From positions 1 through 38,029 of the forward strand of contig JALMLS010000431.1 in NCBI GenBank assembly GCA_038496445.1: 38,029 bases of DNA, in the 5' to 3' direction. This DNA comes from Trichosphaerium sp. ATCC 40318. Its lineage: Eukaryota > Protista > Tubulinea. A model generated the notes under the pieces. The model made no database searches, had not been told where the DNA came from, and saw nothing but the letters and a program-made list of their open reading frames with translations. Numbering within the stretch: position 1 is the first letter of the stretch; each line of letters begins with the position of its first letter. Below are positions 1 through 11,885 of this stretch, one piece after another. The position numbers and the translations under genes are program-made.

Positions 1-586
1 CCTGTTTCAGCCTTGTATGTTTCAAACGATGAGTTTAGGATCATGTTACATCTTGGAGGTAGTGGCGATTGAATCAATTTACTGATGAGTACTAACTTTC
101 CTTACACGCATGGTAATTCTGTAAGTCGTCTTCCATGTAAACCCTATACGTAATAAAGTAGGCGCTAGCGCGCTGCCTCTTATTCTAAAAAAAAATTTAC
201 TGATGAGTACTACACAGTTTTGTACCTAGTCTAAAAAAGGAAAAATATGTAGCCTTTCTGCTAAGTCAGTACCTCATGTGACCTTTGCATGCACCTCAGG
301 CTATACTGCATGCTGTTTATGTCATCTCACTATTGGGGATATGATAGGTTTATAGTCTATGGCTGCAGACATGAGAACGGACAGAGAAGCGGTGACGATC
401 ATTTACAATAAGGGGAAACGCAACATTTGGTTTACAACAGTTTTAATCAGCTGCTAGATGCTTAATTCTAAAAGAACCCTTATATTCTGTTCTATTCTAA
501 CGCGACAAGAAAAGAACTTACAATTATTCCCTTCAGTAGGTCACAAAGGCTGTGAAACGAAAAATTATGTTGTTCAAATAATACAG

Positions 587-2454
587 TTATTTTGATGTTA
601 TCAATTGTTGTTCTTCATCTGATGAAGACGATGACCATTTCCATTTCAACTCTCGATCTGGTTCATCACTCTTTGTTCTTATGTTATGAGCTGGCTCTGA
701 AAAAATAGAAGGTTCTGAGGAACCACTTCTGTTACTGAGAACTATACTCTCCATGTGAGTACTGGCCTTAATAAAATAAGTTGTTAGTTGCTTCAGTACA
801 TGTCAGTCTATTAGTTACGTACTGTACGTATTATACGAGATGTAGGAGATGTCTGTTTTATAAAGAGTAACAGTATAAACGCCCATATGAATAGCATAGC
901 ACAGAATGCTCCAGCAACTTTATAGCTACCAAAAGTATCATATAAATAACCAGCTAAAGGAGGACCTCCGCCTGATGCTGTCCAAGCGAACCAAAGAAGA
1001 CCAAGAACAACCAAAAACTTTTCTACATAAGTACCAATTAGATTGCGATGTTTACAACCTTCAGGGCGTCATACCTGTTCCAAATAGCTCAGCGACAAAA
1101 GGAGCAACATTCGTAATCACCGACCCTGATGAGAAACCGTAAAGAATAGCAAACGTCAATAACAAAGGATATGTTTCTAACCAAGGCCATCCAGCAGTTA
1201 TTACAGCCATAAAAGCAAGGCTTCCAAGTAATATACGGCTTTGTCCAATGTAATCAGCAACAAAACCAAGCGCAAGTCTACCAAATGCTGAAGCAGCGCC
1301 CATAGCAGCAAGTAAGAATGAAGATTGAACTGTAGTCATGCCTTTATCTTCGCCATCCTGTTCAAAAAAAAGATTTAAAAAATCTTCAGTATGATGTACA
1401 TATACGTACTGCTACTATGTGTGCGTAAGGCACCATGTATCCAAATGCCATTAATACAAGGGCTATGAATAAAATTATAAATCGGGAGTCCTTGAATAGT
1501 GTAATGTCTAAAGTTTTCCTAGCTTGTTTTACTCTCGGTTTTATAAATAAAGCTATTGGTATCATCAAAGCTGGTACTACTGTAAGTATCCTCAGCGCTT
1601 GACGCCATCCATACAAACGAGAGAGAAATGCTATCAAAGGCGGGTAAGCCAAGTTACCCAGACCAACGCCTAAGCATGAATAAGACTTGAAAACGAAAAA
1701 AAGACGATCTGAAGGCCTTACCAGATTTTGCAAATCCGAAGGCAACTCCTCTGTACTTTACGAACCATTGAGGCACAGTAGAGTCTGCAATTATACCCAC
1801 AGCACTTCCGCCAAAACCCATCAAAAGACCGTATGTCAGGAACATTATAGGAAGAGAAGGAGCGTATGCTGAAGCCAGAAGACCCGCTGCGGCAAATAAA
1901 GCTCCTACACACCCAATCACTCTGTAACTTGTCTTGGCAGCCAAAATCCCCCACATGGGTGTAAACGCAAATTGCTATGACGGGTCATTTGCTGGAAAAC
2001 ATGAGGAGCACGAAGAAAGAAAAACTGCCTCGTTCAGCAAAAAAGGAACTTTATGTTAATTTCTTTCCTCGTGAAGCGAGGTTTTCAAGCTTTCCCGTAC
2101 CATTATCATTAGTAACGTCTGTACTAGCGATACTGCAGCCCTTCCTTGATTGAATTCTTCTACAAGCAAGTATTTAGAGTTGAGATAGCTTTAGTTTTAA
2201 TCTCCGAGCGTAAAAACTTGAGTTTAGAGGTTTAGTAGAGCACGTGATAGCTATTTATCTTTTTACAGAAAATACTATTTACCAGTCATATCAGTGAGGA
2301 GTGCGCCAAAGATGTAAGCTAGGCCATATATAGAGAAATTGGAGTAAAAGCAAGTTATTAGTATAACCCAAGCGTATCCTCTGTCTGTAGGTGGTCCATT
2401 TTTTAGCGGTTGTACCTCCGTATCATCTAGGGTTGTTGTATAAGACGTGATCAT
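587..2454 (-). CDS. Monocarboxylate transporter-like MFS protein (SLC16/MCT family), multi-exon
   Basis: ATG at 2454 opens MITSYTT...PPTDRGYAWVILIT, similar to the MCT PPDGGWGW motif. Later exons give QWFVKYRGVAFGFA, GRLALGFVAD and GPPLAGYLYDTFGSY. The last exon reads ...EEQQLITSK with TAA at 587-589. Introns are short GT-AG; the exon near 1960-2200 is not resolved. Confidence 0.88.
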
Positions 2455-2951
2455 ACGCTATAAGTTACCAAAAAACATTTACAGTCACGTGAATTCGTGA
2501 AATGACACTTTTCATTTTGCTATTTTTTCCGTCTTCATATGTTGAACAGTTGCTTCTACTTACCTCAGTCTTTTTGAATACACTAAGACAACGGCGAATC
2601 GCCTGCACCCATTCTTATTCTGACAAAATTGAAGCATAAATGTGATTTCGTTGTTAAACCAAGAGCAGCTTTGATGACAACCGTACTCGCTAATTATGAC
2701 TACAAAATACTTAACTACTACTAAAAAAAAGGTCAAGTGACTTGCACAAATAAAGGATTTTAGTGATTATTAATGTATCTCTATCTTTGTTAAAGAGCCT
2801 ATTCCTGAACACCTGCAAGAGCTGGTTGTCAGGTTACTCTTTACTATGTGCTAATGTAGTTGTTGGAGTTCAATTAAACCAAAAATAATAAAACCACAGC
2901 ACAGAGATTCGTTAAAATTGTATGTTACACGGTACGAAGATTACTGTACAT

Positions 2952-5900
2952 TTATGGCTTGTAGTCCATAAATCGCTTTGAAAACTTATCCATTTGATTC
3001 TGAAGGCCATTTACTAGCGCTTGTAACTCACGCCGTACCCGTACTTCAGAGTCAAGTTTTGCTAGGGTTTGCTGATACTAAACAAACATCAATTAGCATT
3101 TTTATGAAAAATCACTTCAAAAAATAAAAAAGCACGTACAAGGTTTGTTAGTTCAGACGTTGTATACACTTTATTATCATCTGTTCCTATTGTAGATTGC
3201 CTTTTAAGCGCAGCCACCTCAGCTTTTAATTGTTGATTTTCTTTAGCCATTTGTAACCTTGCTTGACGCTCCTAAAGGACAATATTAACAAAAAAGTAAA
3301 CTCAATTTAGAACAAAAAAAAAGCATTACGTCAACCAAGGCACGCTTCATATCTCGCATCACGTTCTCTAACTGTGTTCTCGCTTGTTGTTGTTGTTGTA
3401 TTTGTGCGCGAAGTGAATTTACAGCTTTTCCTGTTTGTTGTTGAAGTGTTACCAATGCATTTCTGTTTCCCTGTACAGAACTTTGTAATGCTGTAATTTC
3501 TTTGCTGTCCACGTGAGAATGACCATTTGGTTGGCTTTTTTGTGCGTGTCCGTTGGTAGCAGAAGTTAAAGTAGGGCTTTTGGGAGCTGGTGATGTCCGT
3601 CCACTCGATCTTGGAGAAGATTGATTTGACTTAGCTTGTGTAGTTTGTTTAGGACGCTGTTGCTGTTCAGTCTTCTTTTGTATAGCTGGAAGCACAGGAA
3701 CAAGCATAGCAGTTCTACTAACGCTTGGAGATCCTCTAGGGGACTGCGGCTACAAAGGAAATTAGCATGGATACTCGCAAGTTGCATGTTTAATTAGCTG
3801 TACCTTTTCTTCTCTTGGCTTTGGTGCCTCACGCCTCGCAGGTGGAGGGGTATTCTTTGGAGGCTCTGGTCTAGCGGGTGTACGTCTTGGCGAAACTGCA
3901 GGTGCAGCAAAATCGTTATCTGGGTCTGGGCCATCATCTGTGTCAACAGTATCGCTGAGTTGCTGTCTCCTAGATGCAAGAAGTGCCGCTAGATGACTAC
4001 CTCGCGCAGAAATTGCTGGACTTGAAACGGGTGATGAAGCCTTTGGCGATACAGCCTTTGGCGTAGTTGGTGTGTTTGGCAGGGCTTTTGGAGTTGCCGG
4101 TACTACCTTTGCTGGAGGTGTGCTGAGTTTTGGTGCCGCTGGAGTAGGTCTTGCTGGTGGTTTACTGGCGCCTGGAGGCGGATGCATAGGTGGAGCTGGT
4201 CTCTCTCTAGCAGGCGAAAGCATAGGTTCGGGTGGAGTAGGTCCAAGTGATTCTTCACGGGTATGCTTCTTGAAAGGAACAGATGAAGCACGTGTATGTG
4301 TCTTTGGAGGCACTTTTGGCGCTGTTACAGACCTTGGAGTCTTTGGTGGAGGTGCCTTAGGTCGTGATGGAGGTACACGCTTTGGAGGAAGCGACATTCG
4401 CCGTTTTAGAGCATCAGTACGCTTTGGTGGTGTAGCTGGTGGTCTTCTCGTTGGCATGGACTTTTTCGCTGGAACAGCAGGTGTTTTTTTGTTTGGAGGG
4501 ACGCGGATGGCACCAGTTGATTGACAACGTTTAAAACTTGGCTTTTTAGCAGGTCGTTGTGGCGTAACTGATGGTTTTGGCTATTATAAAAAAAAGACGT
4601 GTGAGCTATTAATAAAAGAAAGGAGAGGTCTTAATTTTTTTTTGAGTTGACTCCCAAAAGGAATTTTCGCATAAATACAATAAGGGTCTTGTCTGTTTTT
4701 GTAATTTACGCAACAAGAAATGTCTTTTTAGATTTTTTTTGGGTTACTACACGGGTTTACCCGTAAAGATTATTGAATAGCGTACCAAATTCTCATCTAA
4801 TACTTCTACATACTGCCCTGGGAAATGACCAACATTTCCGTCAATATCTCCACGCCACCAACCTCTCTCTAATATTTTTAATACATATACTTTGTCGTCC
4901 TTTTTGAACGAAATTTCTGCCTTTGATCTTGCTGTGTAGGCGTATTTGGCACGTGTCCAGAAAGGCGGAAACTTTTTTTCAGATTTGCCTGGCATGCTAA
5001 CACCTGTTCCATTACTTTGAGAGCCAGAGTCTTCATCTGCTGAAAGATCTTTGGCTTCTTGTACGCTAAGCTCTCGAACATACAAAGCAGGGAAATTACC
5101 AATCTTATTACTACCCAATATTGTACCAGACCACCTTTAATTTATTAATTAGACGGTAATTAACGTTAGTATAGCTACGGGAATAATGTTTTCGCGGCGT
5201 CAAAATAATTTATCCAAAAACTGCTAATGACAATTTTGTTGAAGTTGTGGTCTGGACGGCTGTTACCCAAACCATAACTTTATGCTATAAAAAATAATAA
5301 TATCCGTACCATCCATTGCCATGTCTCTTCATCACAGTTACTATTTGTCCTGGTTGTAAATCCAACTCAGTATCTTGGCGCGCCTAATACAAATTTGTCA
5401 AAATAACAAACCAGTGACACCGAATCTTTGACCCAAAAAAAATAAAACAGCAAATAAAAACATTGTAATGAATGGCGTACCTTATAAGCGTACTGAACCT
5501 TGGCTTTAACTAATTCATCAAGTGAAGCTTCCGAAGCAGTCTCTGACCCCGAGCTAGTGCTATTGTGAGTGAGATTTGTATCACGTCAAGGATTATATGT
5601 TTCAGAATTATTAGTGATTTTTTTATTTTTTATTTCGGCAAAAAAAGACGTCACATTGCGCTATGGCCCTATCGAAAAATCCGTACCTTCTCTCATCTTG
5701 TTCTAATGTTGGATTCTTTATAATACGGACATAAGATGCTGGAATGTATCCGAGTGTACCTGATTAAAAAATTATTTTTGGTTTTTTTGAAAAAAGTACA
5801 AATATCTCTTGTGTACCAAAAGTTAAAACGTACCAGCTTCATTTTCTCCTGTCCACCACCCATTTTTACGCTGTTCAATCACTTTTAGCCGTTCACCTTT

Positions 5901-6709
5901 TTCGAAGGAAAGCTGCGCTAAGAAAAAAAACAAAATTAGTTTGTGACTGCTTTTGTGCTTCTCCACGCCATCAATAATAGATCAAAGTATGTTAACGTAC
6001 CTTTAGCATTTGATTTATACGGGTACAAGGTAGTAGCGTAGACAACTAAAGTGAACAAAGTTAGTTTTGAGGATTATTAGAAAAAAGAATAAAATTGGTC
6101 CCACTACAATTTTTTTGATTTCTGATTTCGTAAGAATGTTTAAAACAGTGATGAGTATTTGTTTTTTGGGCTAAAAGGTAATTTTGGCTTTTTTTTTTCG
6201 AATGGCGAATTGTGCGAACCTTTTTTACGCTCTTCCTTTTCCTTCTCTTCACGTGCAATGACTTGCTGTTGTTCAGCCAACTCACGCTTCGTGACGTTGA
6301 TAGAGCGTCGCTTTTTTCTCTTGTTGGAAAATACAGCGCTACGCTCACCGGCTAGGTCGTATTTTTCTTTATTCTTGTCGCGTCGCTTTCTTTCACGACT
6401 TTTTGAGCTTCTTCGGCCTATACTCCTAGAGCGCGACTGCATACTCTCTCCGCGCCTAGAACTACGACCGCGTTCGTTATCACCTCTCTCGGCGGTGTTC
6501 AAAGAGCCGTGTTGGGGCATTTTCACCATCATACTGGGGAAAATGCCTGTTTCTCCGTTTGCTTCGCCTTTCCACCATCCGGTAGGGAATTTTTGCACTA
6601 TCGTTACAACGTCCCCTTTCTGGAAGCGTAAATGGTTTTTATTCGCTGGAATATTGTCTGAGATCGCAATAGCGCGTTCCCTGATGAACTTGTAAGTTGT
6701 TAGCGTCAT
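2952..6709 (-). CDS. Multi-SH3 adaptor: about 4 SH3 domains, proline-rich region and C-terminal coiled coil (CIN85/CD2AP-like architecture)
   Basis: SH3 signatures HLRFQKGDVVTIVQKFPTGWWKGEANGETGIFPS and EISFKKDDKVYVLKILERGWWRGDIDGNVGHFPGQYVE, plus two further SH3s split by introns (~5100-5520 and ~5690-6050). PxxP-rich ORF at 3762-4457 and a Q-rich coiled coil at 3285-3707. Stop at 2952-2954. Confidence 0.85.
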
Positions 6710-7243
6710 AAAAATTTACTACCTTTGCATCGCTACCAGAGTCTACGTTACAGTTTTTTTGGTTCCGGTTAGTAGATGTTGATGCGAAGTTAAACCATCG
6801 TTCGGAGGTTTGAGGGTCAAAATGGTTTTTTTCACCTAACTCTACATGAAAAATATTGACAGCCCGAGAGCACCTTAGCCCACTCACATAACCAACGACG
6901 TATGTTACTAATTAAAGACACGTGGTCTGCTATTTATTTGTAGCCTGAAGCGAAAAATGCATGCACACAATTTGTTCAGAAAATAAACTGCGAACCGTGT
7001 GAGGATTTATTGGTATCGCTACGTATCCGAAAAAAAAAAAACCTGGAGTTGCTCTATTTTTGACTTGCGAACTACCAGTGTAACTATCCTGTACTTGAAT
7101 TACCGGTTCACGTAACCATCACGTGGGTGCAGTAGTCTCGTTTTTATTGACCACATTGGGAGCAGCGTTAGTTAAAAAAAACCAAAACATTTAAAAGTCA
7201 AAAATTGTACTTTGATATTAACATACCACGTACCGCCAAGTCC

Positions 7244-8475
7244 ATGGCAAATAACGAACAAGCGCCAGTACAGTAAGTTTTTGGCGGTAATGCCTTTCGT
7301 GGCTTCGTTACGAATCTGTTGATGATCACCACGCACTAACAAGCTAAGGGGCGAACCGCAGGTTCAAACTATAACCGCGCTACAAGGAGCAGTCGAAGGC
7401 TTACAAAACACAATGACAGGAGCGTATCAGAACTTAGTAACGAATCTGTCGAGCTCTGTAAAGATGTTAGAAGCTATGAACACCACAATGGAGCAATTTC
7501 TAATTAACAGCGTCCAAACGCGTACGCGGCACCTAAAACAAAACTTGTGCGACTCAATGGGGCTGGTCAGGTTGTAAAATTGTATCAAACCGCGTAGACG
7601 AAGTAACAGACGAGTACGCTTTTGAAAACGATAAAAAAAGTGCCGTGACGCGTCACTGGGTATTAAATCAGCGTATAGGCGTGTATTACGAGTAACCATT
7701 GCAAACACATCACCATTTCCAATACCAAGCGTTTCACTGGCCGTAATAGTGTCCAGTGGTTGTGATGACGATAAGATTGAACATAAAGACATATCACAAC
7801 GCCTCACAGAGGAAGTACAAGGCAAAGGTAGTCACGTATTTGTCTGGTTGTACTCGTAACTCTAAATTATTCTGTAGACCCTCTAAAACTCGCTTCCAAT
7901 TGCAACACAACTAAAACAGCCAAAATTGATTTACCAGCAATGAATAGAGCACGTGACACTTTGAATATTTAAAACCAACAAAAAACTAACAAAAAATATA
8001 TAGTACAAGTTGGAAGTCGTAGTATCTTTTCCTTCTCCTGGTACTGGACGTACATTATCTACGCGAACATCTGGCACCATAGAGATGTATCAACAGGTAA
8101 GTAATGCATCACAGTGTTGATTAAGGTCCGTAACAAATCGACCATGTAGATGAACGCGAGGTTTGTAAAATCTCAGGTTGATGAAACACAAATTACAGGT
8201 GTATCTGTTCCAATGAACGCTGCTTTTCTACGCAGGCTTTTTAGAGTTCCACCTGCGAATGGATTAATGGGATACATTTTTACATTGTCTTCTAAGGTAC
8301 GTGGTACATTTTTATTGAAAAAGGTAGTAGATTTGACGCGTATGCCAAGGAAGGAAATATTGTTATGGAGGCTACAAATTCAGTTGATGATAAAACAATT
8401 TCTGTCACGTGTAAGGTTTCAGATGATAAATTAAAGGAAGCGTTCGAATTCCTAAAATCTGATGCTAGCAAGTGA
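7244..8475 (+). CDS. Uncharacterised multi-exon protein
   Basis: Exons splice in frame: MANNEQAPVQ|GEPQVQT...|RVLRVTIANTSPFPIPSVSL...|YKLEVVVSFPSPGTGRTL...|MNARF...FLRRLFRVPPANGLMGY|EGNI...DASK, with TGA at 8473-8475. It includes a GC-AG intron at 7949-8003 with a CTAAC branch site. Family not recognised. Confidence 0.7.
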
Positions 8476-8867
8476 TTAAATACTAACAGAAGTCCCTGTG
8501 TTTGTTGTATTAAACAGTTTTTTTGTATTTCTTGCCTGTCTTTTTTTGAAATAATCGGTTTGGCTTCTCTACAAGCGAGAGCCGTTTTGATTCTCCAAGT
8601 AGCTAAGTATTATGGTCAACAACATATCTTGACATGTGCTACAATTAAAAACTTTGAGAGTTTATCTTACACAAGAAAACGTGATTTGCTGTATTCAACA
8701 AATGGTTTTTATTGAAACAAGTATTACTAACAATGGAAAGGTTGTTACAGCTCTTGTAGGGAAGTGGTTTAGCATAGCTGTAAGCTAGACTTCCTTATGT
8801 ACTTAAACCTGTCCAACTGTTGTAAACAAATGCACAACGCCTTTCCTTACTCTTTTTTTTTTTAGAA

Positions 8868-9983
8868 TTAAACCAGCCATATCTTATTAAATTGGTCACA
8901 AATATCATAGTCTTCCTTAGTATATTTGTCTTGGATAACCACAATACCATCTTGTTTTAGCGTATCAACATAGTCAGCAGTAACATATATACAATCAACC
9001 AACAATAAACGTTTGACTCCACCAGAAACAAGAGGGATAATCCATTCATCTGCAACATTTGTTGATGATAGATCAATGATATGCACGCCTGCAATACTCT
9101 TCATACATGTTCCTGTTATACCCTTACAGAACTGAAGATCCAAAGTGTACTCCAGCTAGAGCTGAAACTCCCAAATCTGTAACAGAAGTATAGCTCAAAT
9201 CTACTTTTTGTGCACCCGATAATGCCGATACACCTATGTCAGTCACTTTTGTCGCCGCCAGGAGTATGGTATGAACACCAGCTAATGATGAAACTCCATC
9301 ATCTGACACTTCTGTATAGCTTAAATCAATTCTATGCACACCAGCAAGTGCTGATATGCCTACATCTGTGATATAATTGCAGCCCAATAGGCGTATGGTA
9401 TGTACACCAGAAAGTGCATACAAGTCCTCATCAGTTACATTTCCAGTGTTGAAAAGAGAAATTTTAGGTATTCCAGCAAGTATTTTAAAGTCAACTTCAT
9501 CTGTCGGGTATATATCCTGTAAATCTATCGACTTGAGATGTTTGATAAGAGGGACTATGTCGTCACATGTGATGCTACAATACTCTATGTTAATGTGGTG
9601 TATACCGGAAATAGCCTCTAAGCCTGATTTTGTTATATTTTGGTTATTATACAGGGTTAAAAACGAACACCTGATATTAAAGCAAGATCACTGTCTTTTG
9701 CTTGTTCGAAGCTGGAAAATGATATCATGGTATTTTTTAGCAGAGGGCTTTCTGAAAGGCGAGTACAACACCAAGTTGATCTAACATAGACTTCGCCATA
9801 CCCGACATGGTGCCAAACGACCTCCCATAAGCGTCTACAACTTTGAGAAACAGGGTATCGAGATTTAACATCCACAAACTCAAGTAGAAAAGCTAGTATC
9901 TCTGTGGGAATGTCCAAAAGCTCAGTGTTGTTTAATTTTGGCACAAGTGGTTTATTTGAAGTCTTCGTTCTCCTTTCCATCAC
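8868..9983 (-). pseudogene. F-box + leucine-rich repeat (FBXL-like) gene with two frameshifts (pseudogene or assembly error)
   Basis: F-box LLDIPTEILAFLLEFV...VSQSCRRLW, followed by LRRs such as GVHTIRLLGCNYITDVGISALA. The frame breaks near 9660 (5-base run where 6 restores GVRFLTLYNNQNITKSGLEAISG) and near 9146 (an AC dinucleotide restores GVHTLDLQFCKGIT). Confidence 0.75.
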
Positions 9984-10011
9984 CTGAATAGCAATTGCTT
10001 TATCAATTTAA

Positions 10012-10184
10012 TACTTGGAATTTGTTAGACCTGCACGTGACAAAGCCTGCTTCTTCGCAATTCGGGAAAATAATATACGAACCATCTGGAAGAACATTGA
10101 CTATGGCACAGTATTTGTTACTGCGCTAGCCATCATTGGTGGTTCAAGAGAATCACAAGCAGCTAAACGGCATTGAAAAAGTAA
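10012..10184 (+). pseudogene. Degenerate remnant of a paralogous F-box/LRR N-terminus, head-to-head with 8868-9983
   Basis: Translates as YLEFV...TIWKNIDYGTVFV and then, after a frameshift, WWFKRITSS*TALKK. This matches the neighbour's LLEFV...VVWHHVGYGEVYV..WCCTRLSESPLLKN. It has no start codon and contains stops. Confidence 0.55.
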
Positions 10185-10254
10185 CCCTTCAAAAAAACGG
10201 CTGCCTCTGACCTTCAGGAACCATTCTCACAAAAACTTGAAATGAAATAATTGT

Positions 10255-11415
10255 TTATTCAGCTACTTCTTCACCATCCTTCATTACCCGCGCTCTTTCT
10301 AACTCACCTTCGACGGACCAGTTTTTACACTCTCCATGTTCTACATCATCCTTGTAGTGACGGAGTTCAGCAAGGTTACCATTCTGGAACCAACACCTGT
10401 ACTTTCCTTGTCTCAAACCATTTTCGTCACAGAAATAATCTTCATGTCGCTGTCCTTCGCTATAATACCCTTCATACCTTCCTATAACTTCACCATTCTT
10501 TCTTACGCATTTGTGCTCTAGCTGTCCATCTTCATACCACATATAATCGTCACCTTCCTTTACGCCATTTTTCTTAAAATAGAATTGGCATTTTTGTCCA
10601 TTCGGCCACCAAGACTTATACTCTCCTTCCTCCTCTCCATCAACCATTTTACACTGTTGTGTTAATGTACCATTTTCTGACCAAGCTTTAAGGTCACCAT
10701 GGAATTTACTATCCTTCATACTGACATCAACACGTAACTGACCATTCTCATGCCACTTTTTATACTTTCCATTTTTTTTCTCGTTCTTCATGTCGTACTC
10801 CTCATGTAGCTGACCACTTTCAAACCACTCCTTGACATGCTGAGCCTCACCATCCTTCATCAAAGTCTCCTTATGAAGCTTACCAGAAGCATACCACTCT
10901 CTTAACATCCCGTCCTGTTCGCCATCTTTCATAGACACTTCAAGGCGCAACTGTCCGTTCTCATGCCATTCTCTTTCAACACCAACAGCATCGCCTTTCA
11001 CATAATTACAGCTAGACTCCAACTGTCCGTTGTCATAATATCTCTTATTCTCTCCTTCAAGCTCTCCTTCGTTGTCGTAGGTAGATAACGACTTGATGTT
11101 TCCTGAAGGGTAGTAATATTTCCACTCTCCAACAAAGTCTTCGTCCTCATTCAAAAAACCTTCGCAATCAATTTTGCCGTTTTCGTCAAAACTAGTGAAT
11201 TTTCCAGGGATATTGCTGTATTCCGTAACTTTACCCGTTTTCCAATGCCATTCTATCCACAATCCGCGTCGTTTTAAGTTTTCATCAAAATGAGTACAGA
11301 CTGCCGCTGTTTTAGATAAAACATGCCATTTATTGAATACTTCTACGTCTAGCGTGCAAATATAGCTTTGAATTTCATTAGGAAGGTCTGTAATGTCAGT
11401 TTGGTTTGTAGTGGC
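10255..11415 (-). CDS. F-box + MORN-variant (YwqK-like) repeat protein; 5' end unresolved
   Basis: ORF 10255-11262 carries about 12 repeats of the type G..K.WHENGQL. The same frame stays open upstream and reads TDITDLPNEIQSYICTLD, an F-box-like motif, behind a candidate acceptor at ~11415. There is no intron over ~1.15 kb. Confidence 0.8.
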   Translation of the reverse strand, partial: ATTNQTDITDLPNEIQSYICTLDVEVFNKWHVLSKTAAVCTHFDENLKRRGLWIEWHWKTGKVTEYSNIPGKFTSFDENGKIDCEGFLNEDEDFVGEWKYYYPSGNIKSLSTYDNEGELEGENKRYYDNGQLESSCNYVKGDAVGVEREWHENGQLRLEVSMKDGEQDGMLREWYASGKLHKETLMKDGEAQHVKEWFESGQLHEEYDMKNEKKNGKYKKWHENGQLRVDVSMKDSKFHGDLKAWSENGTLTQQCKMVDGEEEGEYKSWWPNGQKCQFYFKKNGVKEGDDYMWYEDGQLEHKCVRKNGEVIGRYEGYYSEGQRHEDYFCDENGLRQGKYRCWFQNGNLAELRHYKDDVEHGECKNWSVEGELERARVMKDGEEVAE

Positions 11416-11885
11416 TAAAATTTCGTTAGGAGTTTATACACAAACTCAAAAATGCGTTGTAAAGCATATTAGCTTATAAACGTCTTGTTTTAAAGAAAAC
11501 ACAAAAACCTTTAGCGCACCCATCCCTCTTTTAATACAATGTCTTTTTCCGTCTAATTTTAATAGAAGACACTTACTTTAGTTGCAAGTTAGTAGTTATC
11601 CTAAGCCATCGTATATGCCACTTAAGTTACAATCGCTCGTTGTAAAGTCCGCTTGCGAGGAAACAAACTGAGTGCAGCACAAAATAGAATTTGTTGGTGC
11701 ACGTTGATTGTTACTTTGCTGCACAACATTTATGGAACCTGTGTAATGCTAGCATGGCGCTTTTTCATTTAGACATCACGTACAATATTACAACCAAAAC
11801 AGTGGGTAAAGATTGCCATTGAAAGAGAGTAAAAATCAACAAACCAAAAGGTTAAAAAAATGTTCTTTTATTTTGAAAATTTTTG

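Noticed and set aside
76-212. 19-bp direct repeat aatttactgatgagtacta (76-94 and 194-212) containing CTGATGA, suggestive of a hammerhead ribozyme
   Set aside because: No GAAA follows a stem II and there are no closing stems. It is more likely a small local duplication in degenerate sequence.
1-375. Possible minus-strand gene fragment at the window start
   Set aside because: Candidate frames contain stops or frameshifts and have no recognisable motif, so no call can be supported.
4072-6695. Plus-strand ORFs 4072-4524 and 6159-6695, and similar antisense ORFs elsewhere
   Set aside because: They are antisense shadows of low-complexity coding exons on the other strand.
10255-11262. Bacterial YwqK antitoxin or toxin-antitoxin system
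   Set aside because: The similarity is generic MORN-variant repeats. There is no toxin partner, and an F-box-like motif lies upstream.
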